Positions 1-15,555 are shown, counted from the first letter of the stretch. The stretch: 64,000 nucleotides of DNA from the human T2T-CHM13v2.0 reference genome, Homo sapiens (GCF_009914755.1 NC_060934.1); one strand, 5' to 3'. A program made the numbers and translations. The notes: generated from the letters alone by a model not told the origin.

Positions 1-1619
1 GCACCTAGAATCTATTCTTTTAGCAAGGTTTCACATACAATATAATAATATCAATAATAGTCGTCAAACTTTGCGTTAAGTGTCTAGATGTATTCATCTT
101 TTGACCAAGAAAATGATTAATTTTATAAATATTCTATCACCATAAACATGTGAATAAAAATATTGTCTGCTCAAGGAATATAAGATTCTATGAATATCAA
201 TTACTTCACATTCTCATTTACTTATTTTATTATTTAATTTTTAATCACATTTATTTTATACTTGAATTTTTATGAAATACTTGTTTATCTTTTAAATTGA
301 TCCAATTCTCAAAAAGACAGATTAAACTATCTCACTAAAGATATAATATTAATAGTTTAGTTCATGCTTTATTATTTAGGCCTGTAAAATTTAGTACATA
401 TAAACAACAGACTCTCTTCTTTATTGCTTTGTGCTTTTAGTTTTAAAGTTAACAATCTCTCAGCTTGACATCCTAGCTTTCGTTTTTGTTTGCATTTACA
501 GAATATTTATTTATGGCCCACCTTGAGCTCTCTATTAGGTTGTATTTGCTATTTGGTTTCAAGTATTTTCCCAAGAACTTTTTCAGATGGGGTATAAGGC
601 AGATATATTTTTCCAAATAATTGTATATTCAGACTTTCTTTTACTTCAAAAGGCAGTCAACATTTCTCATATACGGTCTTGGATGCTGTTCCAGTGTCTT
701 GTAAAGAAATCCCTTCAAACCTCTAGAATTAGGATATTTTGATCTCTTAATTTTCTCTACCTGCACCCCAAATGTTGGCAGTTCTAAGCATGGAGAAAGG
801 AAGAATGATTTATCCTTCCACGGGCCACCAGCATAGAAGCAGGGAGTATCTATACATCACCCCCCAAGACTCCTGGATGAAGCCTCTTTCCCATTCACCT
901 GTCCTTTTGTCTCTCCCATTCAGGAACAGGTAGGTCTCTGCCCCTATGCAGCCATTGCTTCACCTTTAGGAGGCCAGGGAGACCAAGCCTGCTCCTGCAG
1001 AGCTGATGTTGACAGCTTCCCAGGGTTCTTCACACCTCTGCGTCTTAGTACTTCCCCGGATCCTCCGATGTACGTAGTCTTGGCTGCCAGGGTCTCCAGG
1101 GTTGGTGATATCTAGATTATTGTCCAGCCTATGGAGAGGAGAGTTCATGCCCATTTCTCTGCAAGTCTTTTCACAGAACCTAAAACCTCACCAAATCTCA
1201 TTCAGAGGCCAGGTCACTGCTGCCATTTGACACAGGAGACGAGCCTGATTGTCTCCCATGAATAAAGCTTTGTGGGTGCTGTTTAAAACTATGGGTCTCT
1301 TTTGTCTTCAGCAGAAACGGTTTTTCATTGTTTTCGTATACTTCTAAGACGTTAAAAATACTTGAATATTTACACTAATTTTCAAACTTCTTTAGGTTTT
1401 GTATTAGCACTCTCCACAAAAATAACATATGTATATAGTATATATAACATTATATATCTTAGATGAAACTATATAGATAGAACAAAAAATGTGTTCTAGA
1501 CTAAATTTGTCCTCTGAACAAATTTTCCACCAGCTCTAGTCATTGCTGCATTAGGGATTCTTGTCATCTAAGGACTGGGTTTTACTACATGAAGATGCTC
1601 CTGTTGACATAAACTGCTC

Positions 1620-2015
1620 AATGCAAACGTTTACCTGCATGTCAACGCGCAGCCTACCCAACTCAAACAACTCTTCATGGCCACGAGGTTACAACAGACA
1701 CTTTGGCCGGGGACCCACTTATTTTCTGAGATTGTTTCACTATGGTCCTGGGGCAGCGAGCTCCCGTGGGGTGAAAGGCGCCCTCTGCAGTACCGGATGC
1801 GGCAGCGGCTCAGAAGGGCTGTGCAGGGGATCGCTGGTTAATTGATCAGAGCCAGTTTTCTTTATCAATGCTGGGAACGCGGGGGTGAGGTGAGTCAGTC
1901 CCAGCTTGTACTCTGGTTTCTGAGCTGTGGAATCCAACAGGAAGATCCCTTTCCCACCAGCTAAGCACAGACCTGAGATTTCCCCTGCTTGACTTCCAGC
2001 CGGGGCTTCACCGTG
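1620..2015. promoter_or_regulatory. CpG-enriched candidate promoter/enhancer
   Basis: About 16 CpGs in ~390 bp (hand count) in a CpG-poor background. CTCF-like GCAGAGGGCGC on the minus strand (1776-1794), ETS-like ACCGGATG (1792-1799), AP-1 TGAGTCA (1891-1897). Confidence 0.45.
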
Positions 2016-3032
2016 CTGTGCCAGCTGCCTCAGGCTGTGGTCCTTGTTATTTATTTGTTTTTGTTTTTTTTTCATCAGCTTGGTTCTTTTCTATGAAATG
2101 TTTTTGCTCATTGTTGAAAACTTAAAGGCAAAAACCAAACCCATCTTCCAGTTGTGGGATAAAGCATCTTCATCGTCTGATTCCATTATTTCTCAAGTGT
2201 GCTACGCGATTGTGTTCCTGTTAGCTTTTACTTTCCTGTGAGTATCATACTTAAACCGAATGCATTGACCTGCCTATGTTTCCATGTTGGATTTGTATAT
2301 TTTGGATTCCAGGGTTACAAATGTATCGCTTATTCCCGGAAATGAAGCAGGCTCTTTGACTTCCCTATAGGAACAGCATGGCGCACAGGCGTCGCGTGTG
2401 AAGGCCCCTCATAGCCGTGATTTGTTGATCTGTTTTTTTTCAGCTTCAGCAGCGCTCCGTGAAGTGACAACCACGTCCCTCAAATTCACTCTTGACTGTG
2501 TTTTTATTTTCATATGTCGTACTTCTTACCTAGGCCTTCATATCACAGTCATCTAAACTGAGAACAGATCAAGGCTGTGGCTCACCAAAGGTAAAAACTA
2601 ACTGGGCAAAGCAAAGAAGGAGAAACAATTTGAAAACTCAGAGAATTCAACTTGTGACTCCTTCTTCGCTTTGCCCACCTTTGCTGTTCTTGACCGTTCT
2701 TTGGTTTATGCCTTATTATCTCCTGCTTCCCAGTTTTAAGATTCCCTAAACAAAATTAAAAAAAATAGTGTGTCGAGACATTTCCTTTAAAGTGATTAAA
2801 TCTGAGCAGCATTAACTAAATGCTTTAATAGTTACAATTTTATAAATTCACTTTGTCTTAGAAAATCCATGTGGCTTCCTGCTGACCAGAGTGTGGCCCC
2901 TGGAATACCAAGAGGAGAGCCCATGTTGTGTAATTATGAACAGGGCGGAGCCCCTTCCCTATTTCCTTTGTGAACTGGTCTAAACATATTTTTATAAATA
3001 TTTTAAAAATATCTTAATAATTTAATTTTTAG

Positions 3033-3334
3033 TTTTTATTTATTTATTTTTTTTGATACAGGGTCTCACTCTGACACCCAGGCTGGGGTACGGTGGTGTA
3101 ATCTCAGCTCACTGCAACCTCTGCTTCCCGGGTTCAAGAGATCTCCTGCCTCAGCCTCCCAGGTAGCTGGGATTACAGGCGTGTGCCACCACACCCAGCT
3201 ACTTTTTGTATTTTTAGCAGAGACAGGGTTTCACCATGTCGGCCAGGCTGGTCTTGAACCCCTCACCTCAAGTGATCCCCCGCCTCAGCCTCCCGAAGTG
3301 CTGCGATTACAGGCATGAGCCCCCATGCCTGGCT
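3033..3334 (-). mobile_element. Alu SINE (older J/S class), full length
   Basis: T-rich tail followed by antisense Alu body (cagggtctcactctg...ccatgcctggct). Confidence 0.95.
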
Positions 3335-3471
3335 AAAAAGGACTGCTGCTGAAAATACAGGTTTATAGTTGCCAAACGGTTGAAAGAGGGTTCAATGAAC
3401 TAAAAATTTAGTCGGAAAGGTCAGAAAATGAGTGCACACATTTGGGGTCCCTCAGGTCAAGAGCAAGTGGA

Positions 3472-3768
3472 GGCTGGGCACGGTGGCTCATGCCTGTAAT
3501 CCCAGCACTTTGGGAGGCCGAGGCAGGTGGATCACGAGGCCAGGAGTTCAAGACCAGCCTGGCCAACATGGTGAAACCCGGTCTCTAGTAAAAATACAAA
3601 AATCAGCTGGGTGTGGTGGCACACACCTGCAGTTCCAGCTACTCACCTTCTGAGGCGGAAGAATTGCTTGAACTCAGGAGGCAGAGATTGCAGTGAGCCA
3701 AGATCACTCCACTGCACTCCAGCCTGGGTGACAGAGCGAGACTCTGTCTCAAAAAAAAAAAAAAAAAA
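3472..3768 (+). mobile_element. AluS (Sg-like), full length
   Basis: ggctgggcacggtggctcatgcctgtaatccc to poly(A); TSD agcaagtgga on both sides. Confidence 0.95.
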
Positions 3769-5139
3769 TAGGAAAAGCAAGTGGAAGCCCCGTTGAACTC
3801 ATCCCCATTTCTTCATGAGGGCAAGGGGCCCAGGGCGGGCTCCCCTGCGAGGCTAGAGATGCATCTGCTGGGCCTTTCCACCCACCCCAGAGAATCTCCT
3901 GGCTACCTGGCAACTTCACTTCCTCAAAACCTCCACAGTCCACCCTGCTCATTTTAAAGGCCTCATCATGTGAAGAAAGCTCTTTTGGGTCCCAAAGGAG
4001 CACTGCTTTCTTTTTCTTCTGAGAAACACCTGCCACATGGGAAACCTCAGGTGACACCTCAGGCCTGTAAGGAGGCAGCCCCCCTGGCAGCCAGGGGCAC
4101 AGGAGCATTTTAGGAGAATTTCTCTGCAGCAGGAGGGGAACGTAAGGAAGCTTATTTTCGGTTGAGGTTTGATTTGGTTTTGCCATCTGAATGTTTTTAT
4201 TATTTGGAAATGTCATTTAATGGCAGGAGCCTATTTTCTGAATACACTGGTCAGCTCGGACTTCACTCGCTTGCAAATAATTTGCATTTCTATCCTCCTG
4301 GACAGCAGTCTACAGATGGATTAACCGAGAATAGCCAGTTTGGGATGATTTTAGGGCTTCTTGGGTGCCAGCCCACTGCTGCTAGGACTTTTCCCAAAAA
4401 AAGAGATAACAAAGAGGGCTGGATGATTTGGTTCTTATCTGAGAAAAAGGATATCCATCTTTAAATGAAATATGGCACAGGACAAGTTCTATGGAGAAAC
4501 TCAAACATGGCTTAAAATTATCTGCTGGGAGGACCATGAGCTCATGAGAAGCCAGGAAGGATTGAGGGTAAAAAATAACTCACTTTTAAAGTCCTTATGT
4601 AGGTCACAGCATACTTTGATGTGGGAGGGACTGAAATGAAATAGTACAGATAAACCTTACGTGAGTTCACCCTTGGCAGGAACAGGATCATGTTCTAAAG
4701 ATGAGAAGCCACGCTATTACCAGCAGGTTGGAAGATGAATAAAGGCACCGTCGAGGCCTCTGATGGACTAAACCTGCATGTTCAGCACCCAAATACAAAG
4801 TAAGGAAAAGGAAGCATATTCCACTAAGTTCTTGCATGTTTCACTTTATTTTATTTTACATACAATGCTCCTACAAAACATCAGTGTAATTTATTTTTGT
4901 GTTAATTTAATAACATTTTTAAACCTAATATTTTAATTACAAAAGACATAGATGTAGAAACACTGATAAACATAATAATAATTTTAAAAATCCATTTGCC
5001 ATCTTTCCATCCAAAAACATTTACCTTGACTACTTATTAGTACATCTCCCCAGATAACTTTCTATATATTATGCGCACGCATAAAATGGAAGCAAATCCT
5101 TGAATAACAGCTTTTATATTGTGTACCTTAAATATATGT

Positions 5140-6130
5140 ATATTGCACTGTGTGATTCTATGTTTGGGCTCTCTGTTCTGTTCCATTGATCTGTTCATCT
5201 ATTATTTTGCCAGTACCACAGTCTTCATTACTGTAGCTTTATAATAAGTCTTGAAGTCAAACAGAGCAAGTCTTCTGACTTTGTTCTTCTTCAACACTCT
5301 TTTGGCAAGCTGGGTGTTTTGTCTCTCCATATAATAGAATCCATTTGTTGATGTCTAAAAATTAACTTGCTGGCATTTTGACTGGGAACATATTGAATCT
5401 ATAGATCAAGTTGAGAACAGCTGACATCTTAACAACACTGAGTCTTCTTACCCACACATGTGGAATATTTCTCCACTTATTTACATCTTCTTTGATGTGT
5501 TTTATCTGAGTTTCCTACTTTTAGCTCTTGTACATATTTTCATCAGATTTACACTTAAGTATCATTTTTGGGTGCTAATATAAGTGATGTGTTTCTAATT
5601 TTAAATTTTAATTGTTCATTACTGGTATATGGCAAGCAATTGACTTTTGTATACTTCCTTTGTACCTTACAACCTCGGTACAATCACTTATTCATTCCAG
5701 CTTTCTGTCATTGAGTTTTTTTTTAACAGAGATAATCATGTCATCTATGAACAAAGAGAGTCTTATTTGTTCCTTTCCAATCTGTATAATTTTTATTTTT
5801 TGCTAATTTTATTAGCTAGAACTTTCATTTTGATGTTAAATAGAAATTTCGAGAGTAGATATCCTTGCCTTATTTCTGATCTTAGCACGAAAGCATTCAA
5901 TTTTTCATTATTTATTAAGAGGAGAGCTGTAGGTTTTAATAGATGTTCTATGTCAGGTTGAGAAAGTTCTTCTTTATAGCTAGTTTGCTGAGGTGTTTTA
6001 TCATGAATGGGTATTGGATTTTATCAAATTCTTTCACATATGATTGTATGATTTTTCTTCTTTAGACTGTGGAAGTGGTAGATTATGTTAATTGCTTTTT
6101 GAATGTTGAGCCAACCTTTCATACCTGAGA
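5140..6130 (-). mobile_element. Old L1 (L1MB/L1MC-type) ORF2 fragment
   Basis: Antisense L1 motifs gggctctctgttctgttccattgatc, ttgaatctatagatcaagttg and tttatcatgaatgggtattggattttatcaaat. Confidence 0.85.
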
Positions 6131-6195
6131 CAAATCTTATTTGTTTATTTGAAATGATAATGACTGAGAATTTTTCAAAATTAATGACTGACACT

Positions 6196-6826
<631 letters not shown>

Positions 6827-6854
6827 TGATTGACTCTAAACCACAAACCCAGAC

Positions 6855-7407
<553 letters not shown>

Positions 7408-8020
7408 AAATATTTTTAAGTATGTCAAATATGAATTATATACAGACTTAATATTCAGTATAGTGACATCATTTTTAATTCTATTTGCTGCTAAAGTCAC
7501 CTGCAATAAAACCATATAAGCAAAAAAGTCCTTGAGGTTTTTGGCTCACTAAAGTGAGGACTGAAGACCCATGTCAGTATGTGTGACAAAAGACCAAAAC
7601 AAAACAAAAAGCTTATTAGGTATAATCACCAAGTTTTGTTTTCTTGACCTTTCCAGAAAAAATGTCTTTGTTTTGAAGTTTTTGAATAATTGCTGAGCAA
7701 AGAGCTATAAAGGAGTGATGCTTTTTGTTTTGCCTTTTATTTCACAAGTTTCATGAAGCTGAAGAGCTTTAGCCTATGAATAATGAAAATGCACCTGAAT
7801 TCTTATTATGACATCAATGGTCTCCTACTCGGCTCCTATACAGTGTAGATCAATAACATGCAAAGAACTTCTTCCTTGTCCTATACAATTATACATTTTA
7901 AATTGCTACCGTATAGAAATTCTGTTATATTGTACTCTCAGCATTTGCTAATTTTTTTTTCTTTTCTTCAGAGCTTTTCTCCCATGATGGAAAAACTAAT
8001 TTATTTTACTTAATTCTTAA

Positions 8021-8203
8021 CACACATAGACACACGTATATACACACACACATATATATGTGCATCTGTGTGTGTATATGTGTGTGTCTGTGTGTGTCTG
8101 TATGTGTGTATATGTATACTATATATGTGCATACATATATATGTGTGTGCATTTATGTGCGTGTATATGTCTATATGTTTTAAGAATTAAGCTAGTTTTT
8201 TAA

Positions 8204-8243
<40 letters not shown>
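8021..8243. repeat. Compound (CA)/(TA)/(TG) tract plus a pure (GT)n microsatellite at 8206-8243
   Basis: Alternating purine-pyrimidine sequence read directly. Confidence 0.95.
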
Positions 8244-8247
<4 letters not shown>

Positions 8248-8649
8248 ATAAAACACGTTATGTGACCTAGAAAATTGGCTAAAATCTTCTTTGTGATGTA
8301 GTGGCATTCATACTTGCAAGAAACAGTCATGCTTTCAGCTACTGCTGTTTGGGGGGAGCTTAGGAAAAATTACATATTTATGGGTCAAAGATTTAAAAAC
8401 TCAAGTCTTTCCAATGTACAGCCTACAGATTTTTCCATTAACAATGAAAATAAGGACTGCTATAATTTATTAAATTTCTACTATATGTAGGGACGATATA
8501 TACATGACATTCTTAGTCCCACAATGTTCACCTTGTGACAGGCATCTGTATGCTTGTTAAATAAAGAAGAAAGCATACTCAGAGAAAAGCCCCCAAGTTA
8601 GTAAATAACAAAGCTGGAACTAAGACCTTGGACTGTTTTGGGTTTTTTT

Positions 8650-9399
<750 letters not shown>

Positions 9400-11765
9400 T
9401 TACAAAATGTATGTTAAGCAATAAGAATAATGGTACAAGAAATACCTGTGTACCTGAGTCAGTTTAAGACCATGCCAGTGTGCGTGCGTGTGCCCAGACA
9501 CACGTCACCGTTGAAGGCCCTGCAGGCACCTCCTCTGACCTGCCCCACCCCACCCATACGACCATTCTCCTGAATGCTTATCTATAATTCCCTCCCTTTT
9601 CTTCAGGTTTCTGTGCATATTTCTATGTTTTTTATTGAGTTCTGCATATTTTGAAATTTATATAAACGGAATCCTACTGGGTGAGATGCATCTACATTGT
9701 TCTGTGTCTCTCCAATTCTCTTCTTTTCACTGATGACTAATATTCTATGAAATGATTGTACTAAAGGCTGGGCACAGTGGCTCACGCCTGTAATCCCGGC
9801 ACTTTGGGAGGCCGAGATGGGCAGATCACCTGAGGTCAGGGGTTTGAGACCAGCCTGGCCAACATGGCGAAAACCCATCTCTACTAAAACTACAAAATTA
9901 GCTGGGCATGGTGGCACATGCCTGTAGTCCCAGCTACTCAGAGGCTGAGACATGAGAATGGCTTGAACCCAGGAGGCAGAGGTTGCAATGAGCAGAGGTT
10001 GCGCCACTGTACTCCAACCTGGGCTCAAAAGCAAAAAAAAAAAAGATTCTACTAAACCGTCTCAATCTGTTTTTGTGTTGATAGGCATTTGAGTTATTTC
10101 CAGCTACGTCCTTATTATGAACATTGGTATGAATATGCATACGTACATATATATGCATATTCTGGGAGATGAGGTGGAAGGTAGAGTTTTTTTATGGAGT
10201 TTATACATAAAAATGAAATTTCTGGGTGACAGAGAATGCACAGTTTCAGCTTTACTGGATAATGCTGATTTTCCAAAATAGTCCTAGAAATTTATACTCC
10301 TACCAGTTTTAGAAAAATGTTCCAATCACTACATATCCTCATCAGTACTAGATATTTTCAGACTAAAAAAAAGGTTGCCAATCCACTGGATTAGAACATG
10401 CATCTCATTTAGTTTTTAATTTGCCTTTCCCAGGTTACTACTGGTGGTGGGATTTTTTTTTTCATGTGTTCATTGGTTATTCGCATTTCCTCTTCTGTGA
10501 AATTACTCTTTATTTCTATTTTTCTATTGGGTACTTGAATTTCTCATGTTGATCTATGTATTGAAAATAATCATGTCTTGCTTTGTGCTTGTGTTTTCAT
10601 TGTTTTTATGATATCTTGATTAGCCTCATTTTTAAGAGCACTGTAACCTAAATTATTTTAGCATAATAGGTTGTGGTTTAATTTATCTTCTTTATAATTT
10701 GCAATTTTCCATATCCTATTAAAACATCCTTTCCTACCCGGTGAGAATAGAGCTTTTTTATATTATTTTCTGAAATTTCTAAATTTGTCTTTAACATTTA
10801 TGTCTTTAGGGGTTTGATGCAGTAATCTAATTTCATTTATTGAAAAGCCCATTCTTCCTTTACTGACCTACAAAGTGAGCTCTACTGTAATTTCATATAT
10901 GTTTTATTCAGATCTCCATTTACCTATTTAGATATAAATATATACATTTCTCAGCTCTGTATTGTGCTCCATTTATCAATTTATTTATTCCTCTGTCATA
11001 TACACTATGGCATTTTCCTTTTTTATTTATTTATTTTTTCTTTCTGAGGTTTTTCATTTCTCTTTTTTTGAAAAACTTCCTTTTTAACACCTACTTCACC
11101 CCATTCTACTCCACCCTTGAGAAAAATATTCTAAAGTAGTTAATCCACGTAATATTGCTAGTTTGTGCTTTTGCATAATATGTATTTTGCTTTATGCAAA
11201 TCCATTTTTAATGTAAGTGAATGGTATCATGTTTTATACCTTGTTCTGTTTCTTATCCTTTTTTTCTTCACTAAGCATGGTATTTTTAAGACTCATCTAT
11301 TTAATAATGTGCAGAGAGGATCTGCTGGTCCCAACATACTCTACAGGGCACTGCCCCATGTCTCACCCGTCTGCCTGACCCACAGGCAATGCTGGAGCAA
11401 GCACCCATGAACACGTTCCCTTACTGACCTGGATCAGAATTTCCATAGCATAAATGTGTACAAGGGTAACTGCATATACTTGGGTAAGGTTTGCACATGC
11501 TTTGCCTGACTAGGGAGTGCTAGGTTGTTCTTTAGCATGGCTGCTCCAGTCTGCAAGCCCACCCACAGTGAATGGGGCCTTCATCTCCCCTACATCCGTG
11601 ATACTTGGCATTGCCTAGCTTCTTAAGCTTAGCCAGTCCATATGCAGAATGTGATATTATATTATTTAAATAAGCATCATTCTGTTTACTAAATTAAGCT
11701 TTTGAGCATTGATTCATTGTTTTTCAGTTTCCTTTTCTACAAATTGTCACTTCATATCCTTTGCA
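9400..11765 (-). mobile_element. Highly diverged L1M (ME/MC-type) fragments, interrupted by an Alu
   Basis: T-rich sequence with antisense L1 motifs (catctcatttagtttttaatttgc, tttattgaaaagcccattctt). Boundaries are vague. Confidence 0.55.
9766..10043 (+). mobile_element. AluS (Sx/Sq-like)
   Basis: Canonical Alu; TSD gattgtactaaa / gattctactaaa. Confidence 0.95.
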
Positions 11766-11768
11766 TAT

Positions 11769-12135
11769 AGTATTAGTTTGTTCTTGTGTTACTACAAAGA
11801 ACTACCTGGGACTGAGTAATTTATAAAGAAAAGAGGTTTAATTGACTCACAGTTCCACATGGCTGGAGGGTCCCAGGAAACTTAATAATCATGGTGGAAG
11901 GCGAAAGGGAAGCAAGCACATCTTACCATGGCAGAGCAGGAGAGAGAGAGAAAAGGACGAAGCATTATACACTTTTAAACAACTAAATCTCATGGGAACT
12001 CATTCAATATCACGAGAACAGCAAAGGGGAAGTCCACCGCCATGATTCAATCGTCTCCCACCAGGCTTCTCTTCCAACACGTGGGAATTACAATTTGACA
12101 TGAGATTTGGGTGGGGACACAGAACTAAGCTATGT
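11769..12135 (-). mobile_element. MSTA/THE1-type MaLR solo LTR
   Basis: gtaatttataaagaaaagaggtttaattgactcacagttccac...gagatttgggtggggacacag. Confidence 0.9.
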
Positions 12136-15100
12136 ATATATAATGTACATGTTCTATATGTACAACCAAGCCATATATATAATGTACATGTTATATATGC
12201 TTATATATATATAAAGCCTGTATTTTTCCTACTAGAGGTTGCTGTCTTTTCCTTCTTTATTTACAGAAAGTTCTTCTAAACACTAGAATGTAAATATTAT
12301 TTTTATTTATTTGGCCAATGAAAATGTATTCTCTTATTTTTGTATCTACTAGATTTCTTTACAGTGTTCTTCATTTTGAGGAATACAATATGTCAGAATT
12401 GTGCTTTTCCAAGATATTTTGTTTGCTTTGTTTTTATTTATAAAACAATCCCTTCCTGACCCTAAAGCACATGATATTCTGCGACTTTTTTTTTTCTGCT
12501 TTTATGGTATTCTTGGTAATTTCTCCAGATCTGCTGTCCAATTCACTCTTCGGATTTTTCCCAATAAAATGATAAGTCTGTTCATTGAATTTCTCATTTC
12601 AATTAGCATCGGAAAGTTTAATTTTTAAAAATCTCCTGATTATTTTTAGGTCACTTTTTATGTGTCCCTATTTAATTAAGCATAGTGAAATGCCTATTTT
12701 TATTCAGTGTGTAGTATTTCCATATCAAAATATTTTTGCTGGTTAGTTTCTGCAGTTGTTGTTGTTTTCCTTGCTGGCACTTGTTTGTGGATCTAGAACT
12801 TGTTTCCTTGTGTGATAAGAGACCTTTGCAACTTAATCCGTAGCTGTCCTTCGAGTCTCCGGTTCAGGGTGTGGAGGACTCACGTTTCTGCCAAGCGCCT
12901 GGGTTCACTCCCAGCCCTGGGCAAGTTTGACCAAATGACTAGCCTCATGGTTAGTGGAGTTCCCAAGTTGCATAAACTCAGATTGCAAGTTTCCATGAGG
13001 ATCAGCTTGTGGTCTGAATTTCTCAGAAGAGATTGTTTTTCTTCCCCCACTCAGAATCAGGGTTCCTTGGCCTTCCTAGGTTTGGAGAAAATTTATCAAC
13101 CCTTCATCTTTGTGCAGAGAGTCCTATTTTCATGAAAAAGTTGTCTTAGCAGACACTCTCTCGGGAGTGAGGGAGGGATGCTGTCACCAGCCAGAGGACA
13201 CCAGAGCTCAGGCTGACTGTGTTCAATAAGGCCTCAGGGTGCTGCAGGCTGGGAGCTCTGCTTCTGGCCCTGAAATCCTGCTCACATGTCCTGCTCAGTC
13301 TCCCATTGTCTCCCTAACTTGCTATTGTTTTTTTAATGAATTGTAAAAGATGTTGTAAAATATCTTATTCGGAATTTGAGTTCTATTTCATGGTAGAATT
13401 AGTTAGGGGCCCAACAAGTCTTCATTTACACATTTTACCTGCCTATAGAAAAGGTATAAATCCTTTGTTTTTTTATATAAAATCTCAGGGTCTCCATAGT
13501 GTAGCAGTGCCCTGGCACTCTGAACTTGCGGTTATTAACATTCCACCCGCACTGTCATGTCAAACTGCCTGGCCTCACCTTTCTCTCTTCGATGTTTTAA
13601 ATTCGTCACTCGCAGGGTGCTTTTCCCTTCACGCTGTCAGTGTGATTTTGATTTCACTCAACTCAGCAGGCGTGCATAAGCACCAGGTGGCAACTCCCCG
13701 TTCCAGCACAACCGTATCCATCATCTTCCTCATCCTCTGGGTACCAGAAGAAGCCCTCCTTATTACACAAAGTCTTCTCTGCCAACTTGGAGCCACTTCA
13801 GACTCACAGCTTTGAAATCTTCTGGAGTGGACTGAGTTACTGATACCCCTGATTCAGATGATGAAACTCCTTATCCAGTTTTCTTACCAGATTGTTACCT
13901 GCCCGAGAGCAGCGATCATTACCTGCTTTTTTGGTGGCTTCACTTCAGCATCCTATACACTGTTGGTTCAATAAGTCACTGGTGTATTTGATATCTGTGG
14001 AACACATTTCTAATGTTAAGTGATCTTGTCTTAGACCTGAGATAACATCATCTTTTTCGTTTTATTGCATGACAATATCACGTACATTTTTAAGAGCTCT
14101 AAACAGAGTTTGGGATATCCTATTCATCTTTGATTTGCACCCCTCTTTTGGAGATCAACACTTAGATTCTTGGCTCATGAATTTGTTCAATGAGTATAAA
14201 TGATTGAGTCTCTTAACTCCCAGAAGGGTTAACTAGAAAATTAGTCCTCAACTTGAAACTTCAATTATGTACATAAAATCTATGCACCCTCCTCATTAAG
14301 CACTTTTGTCAGTTGAAGCTAGTCTTCAATTTAATAATTTTATTAGTATTCTAAAATTGTAGCAGGAAAGATTAATTGTAGTAATAATTAGAAAATTGAG
14401 CATTAAGTTTTTTTTTTTTCCAACAGAGTTGCCTTCATACTGTTATATTTCACTTTGTTTTAGCAAGGCAGTCCATGTGCAAACGGAAAATAATTTATTT
14501 GTGTGTGGCCTAACAATGCATTTTTAAACAGAATGTAAAGTTTTTGTAAAAACACTAAAATTTCTGTTTTATTAACTAAGCTCAAAATAGTGCTAGCCTC
14601 ACCAAAAAAAAAAAAAAAAAACATGTCTATTCTGTTAGAGCTACCATCTTCTAAATTTCTCATCAGCTTATATGAAACATATACTGCAGCAGGAATTGAA
14701 GAGAAACAACTAAGGATACGGAAAGTGTATCTTTCCGGTGAGATTTGCTCTGCACATAATATACATGTCAGGCCCTGCGTGCTGTATGCTTTCTGTCTGG
14801 CCTTCCTCCAACCCCCACCCTTTTGTTACCTTTTTCTCCCTTGCCACCTCAGCAGCTTAGCAGCCGTGTCTTCTGAGCTGGCGCATAGGCCGGCTCTGGC
14901 ATGAACTCTGTCTTCCTGCATCATCCCTGCACATAGCAGGATGCCTTCCTCATGCCAGTCTGCTCACACTATTTGCTCATTCCTCTTTGTTCAAATTGCA
15001 AATGTGAGGCATTTGGGGTGCTAGAATCCTGAAGGTCAGATTCTACATAGGTCTCATCTTTGTATGTGGTCCTGCCCCATTTATGGGGTCAAAGTGTCAA

Positions 15101-15555
15101 CATTTTAGGTATGTATACCTCAAAGCTGAAGGAGACTTGAACCCTAGGTCAAGCCGCATGTCACCTATTGTCATTTAGGATTAATCAAGAGGTGAGTCAT
15201 TGGAGGAAGCAGCGAAACCATGGGGGCAAGGAATATTTCAAAGGCCCAAGGACAATTTAAACATCAGCAAACATTGTGTCTGGACCCATTGGGATATGGA
15301 GCTTGTTGTCAGGTGACATGAGGAATCTTGTGTCTACGATGGAATCTATCACTTGGTAGGGGAGAGAGCCAGCTTCCAAAAGGCCAAAAAGGGTACAAGA
15401 AAAAGGAGGAGTGTGGTTGAGTAGTTAAAGAAAGTTGTGAAGATTTTCCTAAGGAGGTGGTGAATGTTTTACTTCTCTGCTGCTATTATTAACAACACCT
15501 TTTCCATGGAAGTCTCTGTGCTCTGGTCTTCTAGAGGAACAAGAATCCAAGCTGA

